DNA from: Raillietiella orientalis
Lineage: Eukaryota
DNA: 64,000 nucleotides
NCBI GenBank assembly: GCA_036172245.1
Contig: JAYWIR010000033.1
Span: 124,001 to 188,000 of the forward strand
Direction of reading: 5' to 3'
Part shown: positions 36,273 to 47,900 of the stretch, piece by piece
How the letters are laid out: each line of letters starts with the position of its first letter
Numbering within the stretch: the stretch's first letter is position 1
Position numbers and translations under genes: made by a program
Notes under the pieces: model-generated
What the model was told of the DNA's origin: nothing
Seen by the model: the letters and a program-made list of their open reading frames with translations, nothing else
Databases searched by the model: none

Positions 36273-36657
36273 GTTGCCACCCGGGTACGCCCTGGACGTT
36301 TATTGAAAAATACTCTCATTAAAGCGTGGTATAAGGCCCCAGTGCGGCCTTAGACACGGGAGCTGTCGGGAAAGCGGGACGCAGCCCGGCGTGGCAACTC
36401 TGCTGCTTCAGTTGATGAAGCTGATCCGAGACGAATGCGATGTTCCCGCCTCGTTTCGGTCAGCCAGAGTGAGGCTCCTTCCGAAAAAGGAAGACTTTAG
36501 TGATTTAAAGAACTGGCGTGGGATCACGATTGTGAATACGGACGCCAAGTTGCTAGTTGCAACCCGGTCACGCTGTAGCGTTTATTAGAAATTCTCTATA
36601 ATTCTTGGTACGAGGCCCCACTATGGTCAACTCAAAAAGACCTGCCGGGTTGCGGCC
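36273..36657. mobile_element. Compressed mosaic: minus 3' end, plus RT piece, minus 3' end
   Basis: CGTTTATT at 36297 and 36579 flank ARVRLLPKKEDFSDLKNWRGITIVNTDAKLL (36391-36555). Confidence 0.85.
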
Positions 36658-38515
36658 GTGAGTGTGCACCGGAAGAACAGCGTGGTCGTACCTGTAGGAG
36701 CGTCGTGGGAAAGGCAGTCCAACTGGATCCGCCTGGAAATTCCCAAAGCAGTTCATATCAAGTTCCTTGGAGTTCCGCTGGGAGACCACGGTTCTGCCGA
36801 GGCGTGGTCGGACTGCCTTCAAAAGGCAGAGTTAGGAGCCAGGCTGTTTACTAACGACAAGTTCACCTTGCCGGAACGGGCAACTATCTGGAACACCTTT
36901 GTAGCACCTTCCTTCGACTCCGGATTTTTGTCTCGGATCCCCCCTACGCGGGCAAAGAGCGGGGAAAACGCCTGCTAAGGAACGCACTCTGGGGTACTGC
37001 GCGATCCAGGCTCCGCCTGAAAAACTTCGCGGCTCCAGTCGTGATGCTGGTGTTGCCATCGTGACGATGGAGAGAATCGGACTGCAAGTGCAGTTCAGGA
37101 TGCTCGCACTTTGTGCCGAGCTATGGACTTTCCTTCTGTGTGCGCCTCCGCGCATCCACCTAAGGAGGTGTGCAGGCAGTGAAGGACTTCTTTACTTGGT
37201 GCCTGGCATGCGTCACACGAAACAGGAATTTGGCTACCCTCTCAAGAAAATCGCCTCCTTATTGGAAACCAATGCGTGGATTTCCTGCTGCCCGATGAAC
37301 TACAATGCTTGGCGGCAGGAAACCATTGATTCTTGGGCTGTATCCTTAGATATGAGCCGTGAAGAATTCCGCCCCCTGCGTCGATTTCAGCCTTGGTACC
37401 TCCAACATGTCACGCAGGACGAGGTGAAGTTTTCCTCCCTGGCTGTCACGCCACTCGCCAAAGCACTGTCTGCACTCGTGGATCGAGATGACAGCAGCCA
37501 GCCATGGAAGTGGGAGTTCTCCCGCACCATTGCAGGGAGAACAAAACCAGTTGGCGAATGGGCCACGAGCGAGTTCGCGGATGCCGCCACTCCTGGTGCA
37601 ACACCAAAGGGATTACTTCGGTGAGGAGAAGCACCAAGTGCAGCCCCCGAGGAACTTACAATCCCTCCTAGGTGTTTGGACGGTTCGGTGATTCCCCTTG
37701 CATGGAAGCAAGACGTCTTGCTCTTCTTACACTGCGGCTTGCGCTATTACGAGCGGCGACACCGAGTTTCCGGTGGGGTAGCTTCTCCCTACTGTGTTCG
37801 TTGCGGGGCGACGGAGTCGTTCCCGCACCTTGTTATGGGCTGCGGTGCCCTCCATGAACTCTGGAGGAGGCTAGCATCAGCTCTCCCGCTTCCAAGTGAC
37901 ACCGCTTGAGAAGTGCTGCGACGGTTCTTCCAGCCACAAGGACTTTCGATGGTTGCGACGATTTCCACTGTTGGGTGCATCTGCGGCATCGTCACGATCC
38001 GAAACGTGATGGAGAACCCTGGACAGCAATGTTGTGCCACCAGGAAGGCAGCCTACTTCATCAGGTCGGCAGCTGGGTGGCGACACTTATGGGAAGACAC
38101 AACGGAGCAGCTAACCGGTATCCATCGCCGGATGAGAAACGGCTTAGAACGACGAACACGGTGATCCGCCATAATTATTTTCTTAATTGATTTTTTTATT
38201 CTCGCATCCTTTTCCCTATAGTCTCCGCAGTGGTGTTTGTGCTGAAACTTTTGAGTTTTCCGGTAACTGCGGAGCGTCCCTAAAGTTCCCTGGTCCACTC
38301 CTACACTTGAGAATTTTGTTGTTTCTTTTTTGTTTTTGTTTTTTGTTTTGTTTTGTTTTGTTTTTGTTTTTGGACTCCCCTCAGTCGTCCGTGTTTTTCC
38401 GTTTTTCTGACCTGCGTGGCAGTGTTGAATCTCCGCTGCATGTCTTTATGGTCGTGTCCTGGAAACAACTGTTTCTAGCTCGTTTATATTAATAAACGAG
38501 TCGACGTGATCGGAT
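36658..38515 (+). mobile_element. ORF2 3' part with zinc finger, (TTTTG)n 3' UTR and AATAAA
   Basis: IKFLGVPLG, LPERATIWN, CVRCGATESFPHLVMGC, GCICGIV; T-rich repeat at 38315-38372; AATAAACG at 38491. Confidence 0.9.
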
Positions 38516-38524
38516 AAAAAATTC

Positions 38525-39491
38525 CAACGTTCGCCTTAACCAGATGGGTACAATCACGAGCGTGACCTGGTCAACGACGTGTGCATAGCGGTGCACACCT
38601 GTAATTAGTTGGTCAGTGCACCGGGGATGGAAAACAGTATCGACCAAGTGTTTCTTGATCAGCACCTGTGTCCTCGCGTGGGCAGGCGCGGCAAGTTACC
38701 ATGCGACCTGTCCAACCATCGCCCGATAGTTCTCGAGATCCATCCGAGCGACAGGGGCCCTCCCTCGTCAGCATTTTGTCTCCCAGGAAACTGGCTGTAG
38801 CTCTCTGGCGCGGCAGAACGTCTCCACACGTTCATACTGAGCTTCAGGCAGCGGACACTCCAGGATTGGGACCGCTTCAAGCGGCCGTTCCAGGAGTTCT
38901 GCGACCAGTTGCCTCTGCACCGCCTACCTACAAGTTTTGGGAACAGGGTCCGTAATGCCCGAGCTTACCTGCAGGCCCGTCGTTACGCGAAGATCCCCGA
39001 GATCCGCAGGATCGCGAAATACAAAGAAGGAGCCGAGAGGCGTGCCTAACAGTCCGGATCGGCCAGCTTGCTGGAAGATCATGGCGAAAAGCACTCGGCA
39101 CTTGCCAAAATCCACGGCGTGCTTCGGAGATACTACTCCTCTCTGCATGCCAGGGCGCCTCCGGATAGAAATGTCTTACGACTCCTGCTTCCGAAAGGCG
39201 CTCCGATGATCGGGGAGGAGACAAAGCCCCAGGACGAGATTCTCTCGGACATTGGAAAGCTCAAGAGGTGCAAGGCACCAGGAGAGGGCGGCCTGTTCGC
39301 GGATTTGTTTCAAACTTTCGTCACTGAGCTCATCCCCCTGGTGCAACAACACCATGGTGATACGCAAGACAGGTGACGTTACCGCCTCGTATCTTTCGGC
39401 AAAGGTGCGGCTCCTCCCTAAGGGAAGAGACCTAAGGAGAATAAACAACTGGCGTGGCATCACAATATTCAATGCGGATGCCAAGTTGCTA
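38525..39491 (+). mobile_element. ORF2 middle fragment (APE end, linker, RT start)
   Basis: IDQVFL..LSNHRPI, KAPGEGGL, KVRLLPKGRDLRRINNWRGITIFNADAKLL. Confidence 0.9.
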
Positions 39492-40210
39492 GTTGCCACC
39501 CGGTCACGCCATGGCGTTTATTAGAAATTCCCTATAATTCGTGGTACGAGCCACCACTACGGTAAACGCAGAAGGACCGATCGGGTTGCGGTTCGCAGAG
39601 CGGTGCGACTCTCCTCGGCAGCGATAGGGGATGGGGAAAAAACAAAAAGAAAAATTGAAAAATAGAAACAAAAAGATTTTGGAGGGATAGAAAGGAATTA
39701 CGTTCCACTGGGAGACGGGTCCATTCTTTCCAGGATGCCCTCGAGGTCCTTCCATATAATTCCCATGTCGGACCATCTGGTCGCAATCCGCAGGTAGCGG
39801 ACTGCAAGTACGACGGCATCCCTGTCGTGGCTCGGTCTTCTGACGTCGATCCAGCACGTCACAATCCCGCGGACGCAGCAAAGTGCACCCGGGGCAGCGG
39901 CTGGTCACAGGGCATCTTGCACGAACAGAAGCCGAATAAATTCTCTGGGCTGGCTGCTTTCCTGGATCCGTACGGAGCGACGAAGACGTTCCCACAGGAG
40001 TCGGAGGGCAGCACAATCAACTCGGAGGTGGAGAAGGGTTTCCCCCTCACCAGACCTGACGCAGGAAGGATCTACTTGATTGCTAGTCCAGTGTTGGCGG
40101 CGTGTGTTGCAGAATAAACCCTAATGCAACAGCAGAAGCGCCGACTCCTGCCACTTCAGTGAGAGGATCCTAGAACCAATAATTAATGGAAGTCACTTGA
40201 GGTCATCCAT
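39492..40210 (-). mobile_element. ORF2 3' end fragment (zinc finger and terminus), antisense
   Basis: Homologous to 42361-43000; AATAAACG at 39515-39522. Confidence 0.85.
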
Positions 40211-40249
40211 CGGTTTTTAAACTGAGAAAGTGGCAGTGCGGCGTCCGCC

Positions 40250-42335
40250 ACCCGTTGCGGCGGGACGGATGTAGGAATAGAATCACCGTTCACCGGTTCT
40301 CCCTCCTATATGGGGGCCGATTCCTCGGCGGACCGCAACGGTGGAAGGGGTCGGATTTCACGCACCTGCTCCTCCAGTTCCATGGGGGTCGATTCGTCGG
40401 CTGCGCTGGACGGCAAGAGGGAGCGGTTGTCAACTGTCTGCTCTTCGTCCTATACGGTTATCTCCTCAGCAGGTCCCACAGTTGCAAGGGGGTGGCAATC
40501 ACTTACCATCTCCCCCTACTCCATGAGGGAGGCCAGCTGCTCGGTAGCAAAGGGTAGGAAAACCCCTCCCTCCGTTCCCACGCTGCCGGCTTCCCCCCCG
40601 GCTGCCAGTGCGTCCCCCTATTTCTTCGTCGGGATGCGCCTCTTCAGATTCTTCGACTTCCGTCCAGTCTTCTTCGGAGGCGCCTTTGCGGAGGAGGACG
40701 CACTTCCGGCATCCGGGTCATGGTCACCTGTCGGAGGTGCCCTGGTCGCGGCTGGCCTTCGCAAGGCCTTTCTCGCTCCGTTCTCACGGTCCGCGAGTTC
40801 GGCCGCGAGCTCTTCCGCTGCTCGCTGGAAGGCTGCGTCCTCGACTGCGGCGAGCGCGTCCCTCGGCTCCCCCTCTGTTTGCAAAGAGGCTTCGCCTTCC
40901 GCGAAGGCGACTTCGTCGTAAAGGAGGCGGGGGATATCTCCCCCGGTAGCGGTCTCGGGGACCTACATACGCTCCGAAGCGACCGAACACTCGCGGAGCA
41001 ACGCGCGGAGTTGTCTCCTTTTTAAAGGAGGTGTCGAGGGTTCTGCTGTCAAGCCTTCGGTATTCTTGCTCTTTTCACATGTAGGCTCCGCCTTATACCA
41101 GCACTGGCTCTCTCCAGCGTCGTCGGGAGTATCCTCGACCAGCGCTTGCTGCACGGGTTCGGGCTCTGGCCGTAAGTTCCGCCTCTCGGGTGCCTCCTTA
41201 GGCTTTTTCGTTCACCCCGCGCGTTTCGCTCTGGCTTTTTTCGAATCAGGGGAAGCCGTGCTTTCGCGTTTAGGACACATCTTCCGAAGGTGGCCCTCCT
41301 CTCCGCAGTGGAAGCACTGAATGTAGGAGCATTATTTTTTAAGGTTTCCTGTGGCATCGCAGTTTCCACAGTACTTGGGCTTACCCACGTACCAGACGTC
41401 GACGACCTCGTTGCCGACGACTAGTTTGTGGGGCAGCCCACCGTTTTCCTTGACGGTCACATGCGCTGCGGTCATGCCAATGAACAGTCTTCCGTAACTT
41501 TGGAAGAGGTTCGGCTTGGTCCATACCACGTGTACCGTACCGTATTTACATAATTCCTCCTTCACGCCGGTTTTTTAAATGCAGAGGGATTCTGCCTTAA
41601 GATGCGCTACCACAGAGCGATCCTCGATTACAGGAAAGACCTTTCTGCCTTCCAGCATGGGATGGGTGTTCAGCAGGCGTTGAGCCAGGCTTGCATCTCT
41701 GCAAGTGAGCTCCACCCGCTGGCCCCCTCCAAAGCACTGAAAGGCCTTCCAGGTTCTCCTTTTTTTCTTATCGACGCTGCAACTCAATCTCTAAGTTGCG
41801 GGAGGTATTTCCCACAAACAAATTTCCTACCTTGTACATCAAGGAAGGCTTGTATCTTTGTTCCAGGTAGGCGTGCTGTTCTGCTAAGGCTGCAGGAGAT
41901 GGCGCTGCAGCCACGGAGCTCCCATTCTTCGTGGATGGAGCAGACGGATTCAAAGACGCGGTTGCCCCTTGGTTCAAGGGGGCGGTTGCGCCCTTTTCCG
42001 AGGCGGAGGTTGTCCTCTTTTTCAAATGGGCGGTTGCGGCCTTTTGCACGTGGGCGATTGCTTTCTTTCTGAAGACGGCGCTAGCTCTCGTTACCGGAGG
42101 GGAGGTTGCCCACTTTTTCAAGGCAGCGGTTGCCCTCTCCTCCGTGGAAGCAGTTGCCCCCACGTCTGTGGGTTGTTGAGAGGAACAATCCTCTCTTCCG
42201 CCAACTTCGATCTCGGTGTCCTCAGGGATTTTTGTAATGGGACACCGGCGATGCACCACTCAGTAATGCACTAAAAAAAGGTTTCAAAAACTCGCGCCGC
42301 AGAAGCGCAGAAAAAGAAGTCCTCACGCTTCCACT
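40250..42335 (-). mobile_element. 5' UTR and ORF1 pseudogene, antisense; close relative of 25724-27510
   Basis: RYKPSLMYKVGNLFVGN, LPHKLVVGNEVVDVWYVGKPKYCGNCDATG, EDAAFQRAAEELA. Confidence 0.9.
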
Positions 42336-42337
42336 AC

Positions 42338-43535
42338 GTCGCCATTCTGTCACGGCGGGGCGTTTATTGTAAACTCTCTTTACAATTTGTGGTAGTAGGC
42401 CCCACTATGGCCAACTCAACAGGACCTGCCGGGTTGCCAGTACGAAGACCGGCACGTCTCTCCTCGGCAGCGGTAGGGATTGGGAAAAACACAAAGAAGT
42501 TGAAGGGCGGGGAAGGGATCACGGTCCACTGGGAGAAAGGTCCATCCTTTCCAGGATGCCCTCGAGGTCCGTCCGAATGATTCCCAGTGGGGGATATCTG
42601 GTTGCAAGCCTCAGGTATCGAACTGCGAGTTCGACGGCAGCCCTCTCGTGGCTAGGTCTTCTGTAATCGCTCCAGGTCGTCACGATCCCTCGGATGCAGC
42701 AGCGTACTGCCAGTACGGCGGCTGGTCGCAGGGCATCCCGCAAGAAAACAAGCCGAAAATCGTGTTTGGGCTGGCTGCCCTCCTGTAGCCGTAGGGAGGT
42801 ACCAAGACGCTCCCACAGGGGTCGGAGGACAGCACAATCAACATGGAGGTGAAGAAGGGTTTCCCGCTCCCCGCATTTGATGCAGGAAGGTTCTCCTCGA
42901 TTCCTGGTCCAGTGGTGGCAGCGTGCGTTGCAGGGTGGACCCCAATGCAACAGCAGAAACGCCGACTCCTGCCACTTCAGGGGGAGGATCCTCGATCCAA
43001 TATAATCCGGGGGCCACATCAGGGATGAAGAGCAGATCGCCATATCTCTTTGAACCACTCGGGAGGAAACTGCGGGTAGTGGCATCGGTTAGCTGAGCCG
43101 TCGTCCAGCCGCATAAAGTCTTCCCTCTTCCTGGGATTCGCAGTAGACCATCCACCCAGGAGTGAGGCTGCTGGAGGGCGCCCTCCTCAGGAAGGTCATC
43201 GCCGTAGCTAGAGGCGTGGTATCGGCCCACGTGCACCGGGCGGGACATTGCAAGAAGGTACACAGGCTGTAGCGGACACGGTTGTAGAATCGCAGGCAGT
43301 TGTAGTTTTCTTCTCCTTAGGCATTTCACCTCGCCCACGTTCCAACAGATGTTTTCAGCCATGCGGAGGAGTTGGCGCGGCTGCATGCCATGCAGACGTT
43401 CTCATTAGCCAGAGTTGCCATGCATCCCAGAAGAAGTCCGCATCTCTTGCTCTTCGAGTCACGGCAGAAAACAAAAGTCGCGAGACCCTCCGTCTCAGAT
43501 ACACGGCTGGCAAAGTGTAGGAAAAAACACGTCCG
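42338..43535 (-). mobile_element. Internally deleted element: 5' motif joined directly to the ORF2 C-terminus and 3' end
   Basis: GGACGTGTTTTTT on the minus strand at 43534, then the post-RT region, CIKCGERETLLHLHVDC, CCIRGIV; AATAAACG at 42361-42368. Confidence 0.8.
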
Positions 43536-43536
43536 C

Positions 43537-43885
43537 ACGCTCCCTCTACGCCAAGGCACCCTCAGAGAGGGATGTCTCGCGGCTCCTGCTTTTGGACGGA
43601 GCCCCGGCAATAGGGGAGGACGAGAGGATGAGCGTCGACGAGCCTTTTACTACTTGCGTAATTCTCGCAGGTATTAAAAGACTCAAGAGGCGTAAGGCGC
43701 CAGGGGAGGACGGCCTGCCCGCGGAGTTCTTCCAATGCTTCGCGGCAGAGCTGGCCCCCCTGCTGCTTCAGTGACCGGGTTGATCCGCAACGAAGGCGAC
43801 GTTAGCGACTCGTATCGGTCAGTCCGAGTGAGTTTCCTCGTAAAGGGAAAAGACCTGAGATCACTGAGCAATTGGCGTCCGGTAT
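43537..43885 (+). mobile_element. RT N-terminal fragment
   Basis: SLYAKAP, RKAPGEDGLPAEFF, KGKDLRSLSNWRPV. Confidence 0.9.
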
Positions 43886-44391
43886 GGATTGAAATCATTT
43901 ACCAGAATCTGTACGCATCATTGTTCCCTCGCTTCCCTGACAAATACTGCGTGTTCGCCTCTGGCTACCAATACAGCCAACCTGGTCATTATTGGAAGAA
44001 TTATCTTAGGAAACAACTGATTGGACCCTTAAATGGACCACGAACGGGAGCATAAACTGAGGTGGGCAAAGTAAAGAGTACAATGAAAAGAATCGGATGC
44101 TCATAGAAATGGATGATGAGTTGCCTCTGAATCATCATGTCAGGTAGCACATCAAGTGGATGTTTTTCGCATTCCTGTTTCTTCCGAAATTTATGGAATC
44201 TTAGGAGATTTGATCGTCCCTACAGCCAATGAACCTCTACGGTAAATTCAGCATTTGTTTGATCGAATATTCTTCTCTAAGTGTATCAATGTCTCAAGTC
44301 GATTGCTGGAGATATGCTCGGTAAAGGCAATTCCTTAAAGACAGCTGTTTGACACATTCATAATGTCATGGAAATCCATTACACATTTCCG
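43886..44391 (+). repeat. Diverged duplicate of 8915-9409 (NACHT-like remnant)
   Basis: Colinear by eye: IEIIYQNLYASLFPRF versus IEIYPQNLYASLFPRF. Confidence 0.9.
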
Positions 44392-44962
44392 CTATTACTT
44401 CATATGAAATGATCATAAAATAAATTCCTCATTATCCACCCTAGATAACATCCAATCGAAATTTGATTCCACCGCTACATTTTCAATCTATTCGTAACAA
44501 CACTTGATTCCAAAAGTATTATCGCCCTTTAAATTTATTATAGATTTCCACTATAAAATTTAATTTGAATACAGACAATAAAACAATCTTCGATGCAATT
44601 TCAACCTATAAATTAAATTATTACTATGCTACCTTGGTAAAACCAATAAACCACAACTCTTCATTACACCCCAGACAAATTATACCCTATATCACCCATA
44701 AGAAAACATTGCAAGAAACAAATTTTGACTAAATTCCCTATCACATTCCTACTCTACAATTTCATTTTACCCATCTTACCAATTCAAACGTCACTTCCCA
44801 CAATAAGAACTATATTCCATTTGTATAATATTTTTGTAATCAACACTAACCTAATATAAGATTTTACCTCAAACCTCATTATTTTACCCATTACATTTAA
44901 AAATAAGCCAAAATTATCCTAGATTTTAACTCCTACTAAATAAAAATATGAATTATTGAAGT
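44392..44962 (-). rRNA. rrnL: NUMT 16S fragment, copy 3; 12S part deleted
   Basis: Matches 18159-18720, then jumps to the last few bases before the retroelement junction ('tattgaagttcccc'). Confidence 0.85.
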
Positions 44963-47900
44963 TCCCCAATTCCCTGATGGCGAACCGTTTCGCCACGGGC
45001 TGGAGGCAAGAAGTGACGATGGCGCCCTCTCCATACTCAACTAGAGCGGCTGCAGGCGGATGGGGCCGCTGAGAGAAGCCACGTGCTTATCTCAACGGTT
45101 TCGAAGATTTTCGCGAAGCGGCGGTGGTCCTGCTGGCGCCGAGGCCGAGTTTCAATTATAGACTGCGTTTCTGAGCTCAGAGGCATTACTAGCCGGGCCA
45201 GCACTGGCGTGCTTCTGGAGCAAAGGAAAAACATCGTCTTCAAAAAGAAGAACGAACGGACAGGTAGCCACATTCCAACTCAATTAGAGTTTCATGTTAG
45301 TTCTCAATTCGTCCACTACCGCATCGTCTGAATCGAAATGAAAGCGAGTTGCAACGAGCACTCGTCCTGTCATCGATCTCTCGCCAAACAAGCATCGCAA
45401 TGACCATCCGGAAGAACAAAACTGCGAAACTGGAAAAGATTGGCAGAGGAACTATCGCAACTCCGTTCAAAAACATTGATCAGCTGACCGTGATTCAGCC
45501 ACGGTGTAGTCGCGGAAGTCAGGCGCTACCAACATGCCCTGGAGCTTCAGCACTGACAACGACGGCAAGCGATGCACCTCGCTGCGTATCTACTCAGAAG
45601 GGAATTGGGATTGCACTTCTCCGCTTTCACCGCATCTGGAAGTGACCCTCGGGCTCCTGAGGAGAAAATTTCCGTCATGTTCGAAGGCTAGGATGGGATT
45701 CATCGCTACCCTGACCCGTCCACCGCATCCTAGGTAAGTTCTGTTTCTTCCTCTGAACGAGAACACTTCCCTACACGGTTTGCGCAACTTAGACCACGCT
45801 ACACTGCCAAACAGTGCCCACGCCAACGTGTTTTTTTTGCACGACCTTGCTTTCCCCGGCAAAGTCAACTAGAAGAAATCTCAGGGGAAAGTGTTTCGGT
45901 ACATGCACAGTGCAGTCACCTCGCCTGCATGTGGCAGTGCTCACACCTCCTTGGACCCGAGTCGCAGATCCGAAAAGCGGAACACTACTGCCACTCTTAA
46001 AACTACGTCGCGGAAGGGGTGAAAAAAGGGTGGCACGATCGCTAATCCTAATTTGCCCGCAAGAATCGCCTTTGCGGCACGCCGATTCCGAAAATGGTCA
46101 AAAGTCTGTTTCCTCTGCAGCTTTATCCCCAAAGCGCACGTTCCGCCTTCCTATCCAGAGACCGTTCTTGCTTGTGCAATCCGCTCCGTTTATCACGCCA
46201 TTCGTTTGGTGTGCTTTACAGCTCTTGCACTGGTTTGTTTCTGCACTCCGTCAGTTCCAGCTAACTATTCCCGAAGTCACACTCCTCGCGGCCAACACGC
46301 CGAACTTCCCACTTGCAACCTTGACTTTTCATCTTATGAGGAGCAGCTCAATGTTTTATCAATATCTCTGCTCTTGCAACTGCTTCCCAGAGCTATTGAC
46401 AACCTCTCCAAAGGATTCCACTTTTTCTTCAAAAGTCTCCTCCGGGGAGATCACTTGTATCGACGAGGACGAGGGCCACGTGCAGAACGATCCGTGCAGC
46501 GACGTATCGGAAGAGGCCTGCGTCACGTTATGCTCGGCCGGTCCGTCTTCCTGCACGTTGGCCATGAAGATGCCTTCGGTAACGGAAGAGGTCCACAAGA
46601 TCGAAACCGATTTTCCTGAGTATGCACCCGAGTCCGCGACCTTGCATTACACTTCTGGGCAAGGTGAGAAGGTATATTTCCTGAATCCCATCTGCCCTCA
46701 CTGTGGAGGAGCGTGGCGGAACCGGGAAACAATTAGGAAGCCGGGCGCCTTTGTGGTCCATTACGGACCTATCTGTCTCCTGGTGAGAGAACGTGATCAC
46801 ACATCTGAGCACAAGCACGTGCAGGCAGGAGTATCGCAAGCCGACGGCTCGCCGTCCTTGGCGGAGGACGTGCGCGCCGCACGCGTTAGTGCTGGCCAGC
46901 ATCCAAGCTGCTCCGGAAAGGGGCACGTGAGCAGCTTCAAGTCAAGTGCCAGGGAGGATGCCAGCGCGGATTGCTCGCACCCTGTTGACAGCGCCCATCC
47001 TTACCGGAACGCCATGTCTATGATCGGAAAATTTTTCCGTACATTGCTTGTTTGCGTTGCTCCACGGCGTCGCCGTAAAAGATGAATTCATAAATTCCTG
47101 TTTCAAATGGTTCAGTTCGAATCTCCTGTTGGTGGGGTATACGGGTTTGCATTAATTTTCTGGTGCGCGCACGAGGGTTCCTGAACGTGCAACATCTCGC
47201 TAGCAGGCTGGCGCAACCTGCTTCCAGCGTGCTGCCGACGCCTGTGGCAATTGGACACATGCAACCTCTGCATCGAAGGCAGCGCGGCGTCCACTGACGT
47301 ATACGAAGTGGTTGGCATGGACCATCCGGAGAAGCAGCCGACTCTTACAGCATACAGTTTGGAAAGCAAACCACTACTGCGAAGTAGTGGTCGCGTTTTC
47401 CCATCAGCAGGACGAGATTTCCTTCTCGACGCGGAACGCACAACTCCTTCAGGCTGATGAGTCCATGAAATGCATTCTCAGGCATTTCTAAGCCCGCCTT
47501 TTATTTCCACTATCTGAGGTGCTTACAACAAGCGGAAAGCGGAAGACTTGCGCACATACTTCATCCACACCGCGGCTTGTTTTGGCAACAGAAACGTGCC
47601 ATGCAGGATTCTGATGATCGCCGAAGCTATCTTCTGGTGGCAGCTGGACAACTTCTCTTCAGGGGAATAGTTCCTCGACAGTGCTCCGAGCTACTTATGA
47701 AACTGAGACGCAAGCATCGAAAAGTGAATCCATTTCAGAAATCCTGCCCACGCGATACCGAATGCAACCACGGACGGGTTCGCTTTGTTCGACCTGTTCA
47801 CCTCCATTCCAGTCGCTCAGCTTGATGTCTCGAAGTAATCTTTGCTCCCCGACAACTGTGTTGACAAGAAGAGTACCAAAGGAAAGTACTTCGCGGTTGC

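Noticed and set aside
42325..42368. LTR end plus primer-binding site (minus strand AATAAA...GTGACA-GAA-TGGCGACG)
   Set aside because: No paired LTRs, protease or integrase. The other termini lack the CA end and share the same tail, so it is better read as a variant of the conserved 3' terminus.
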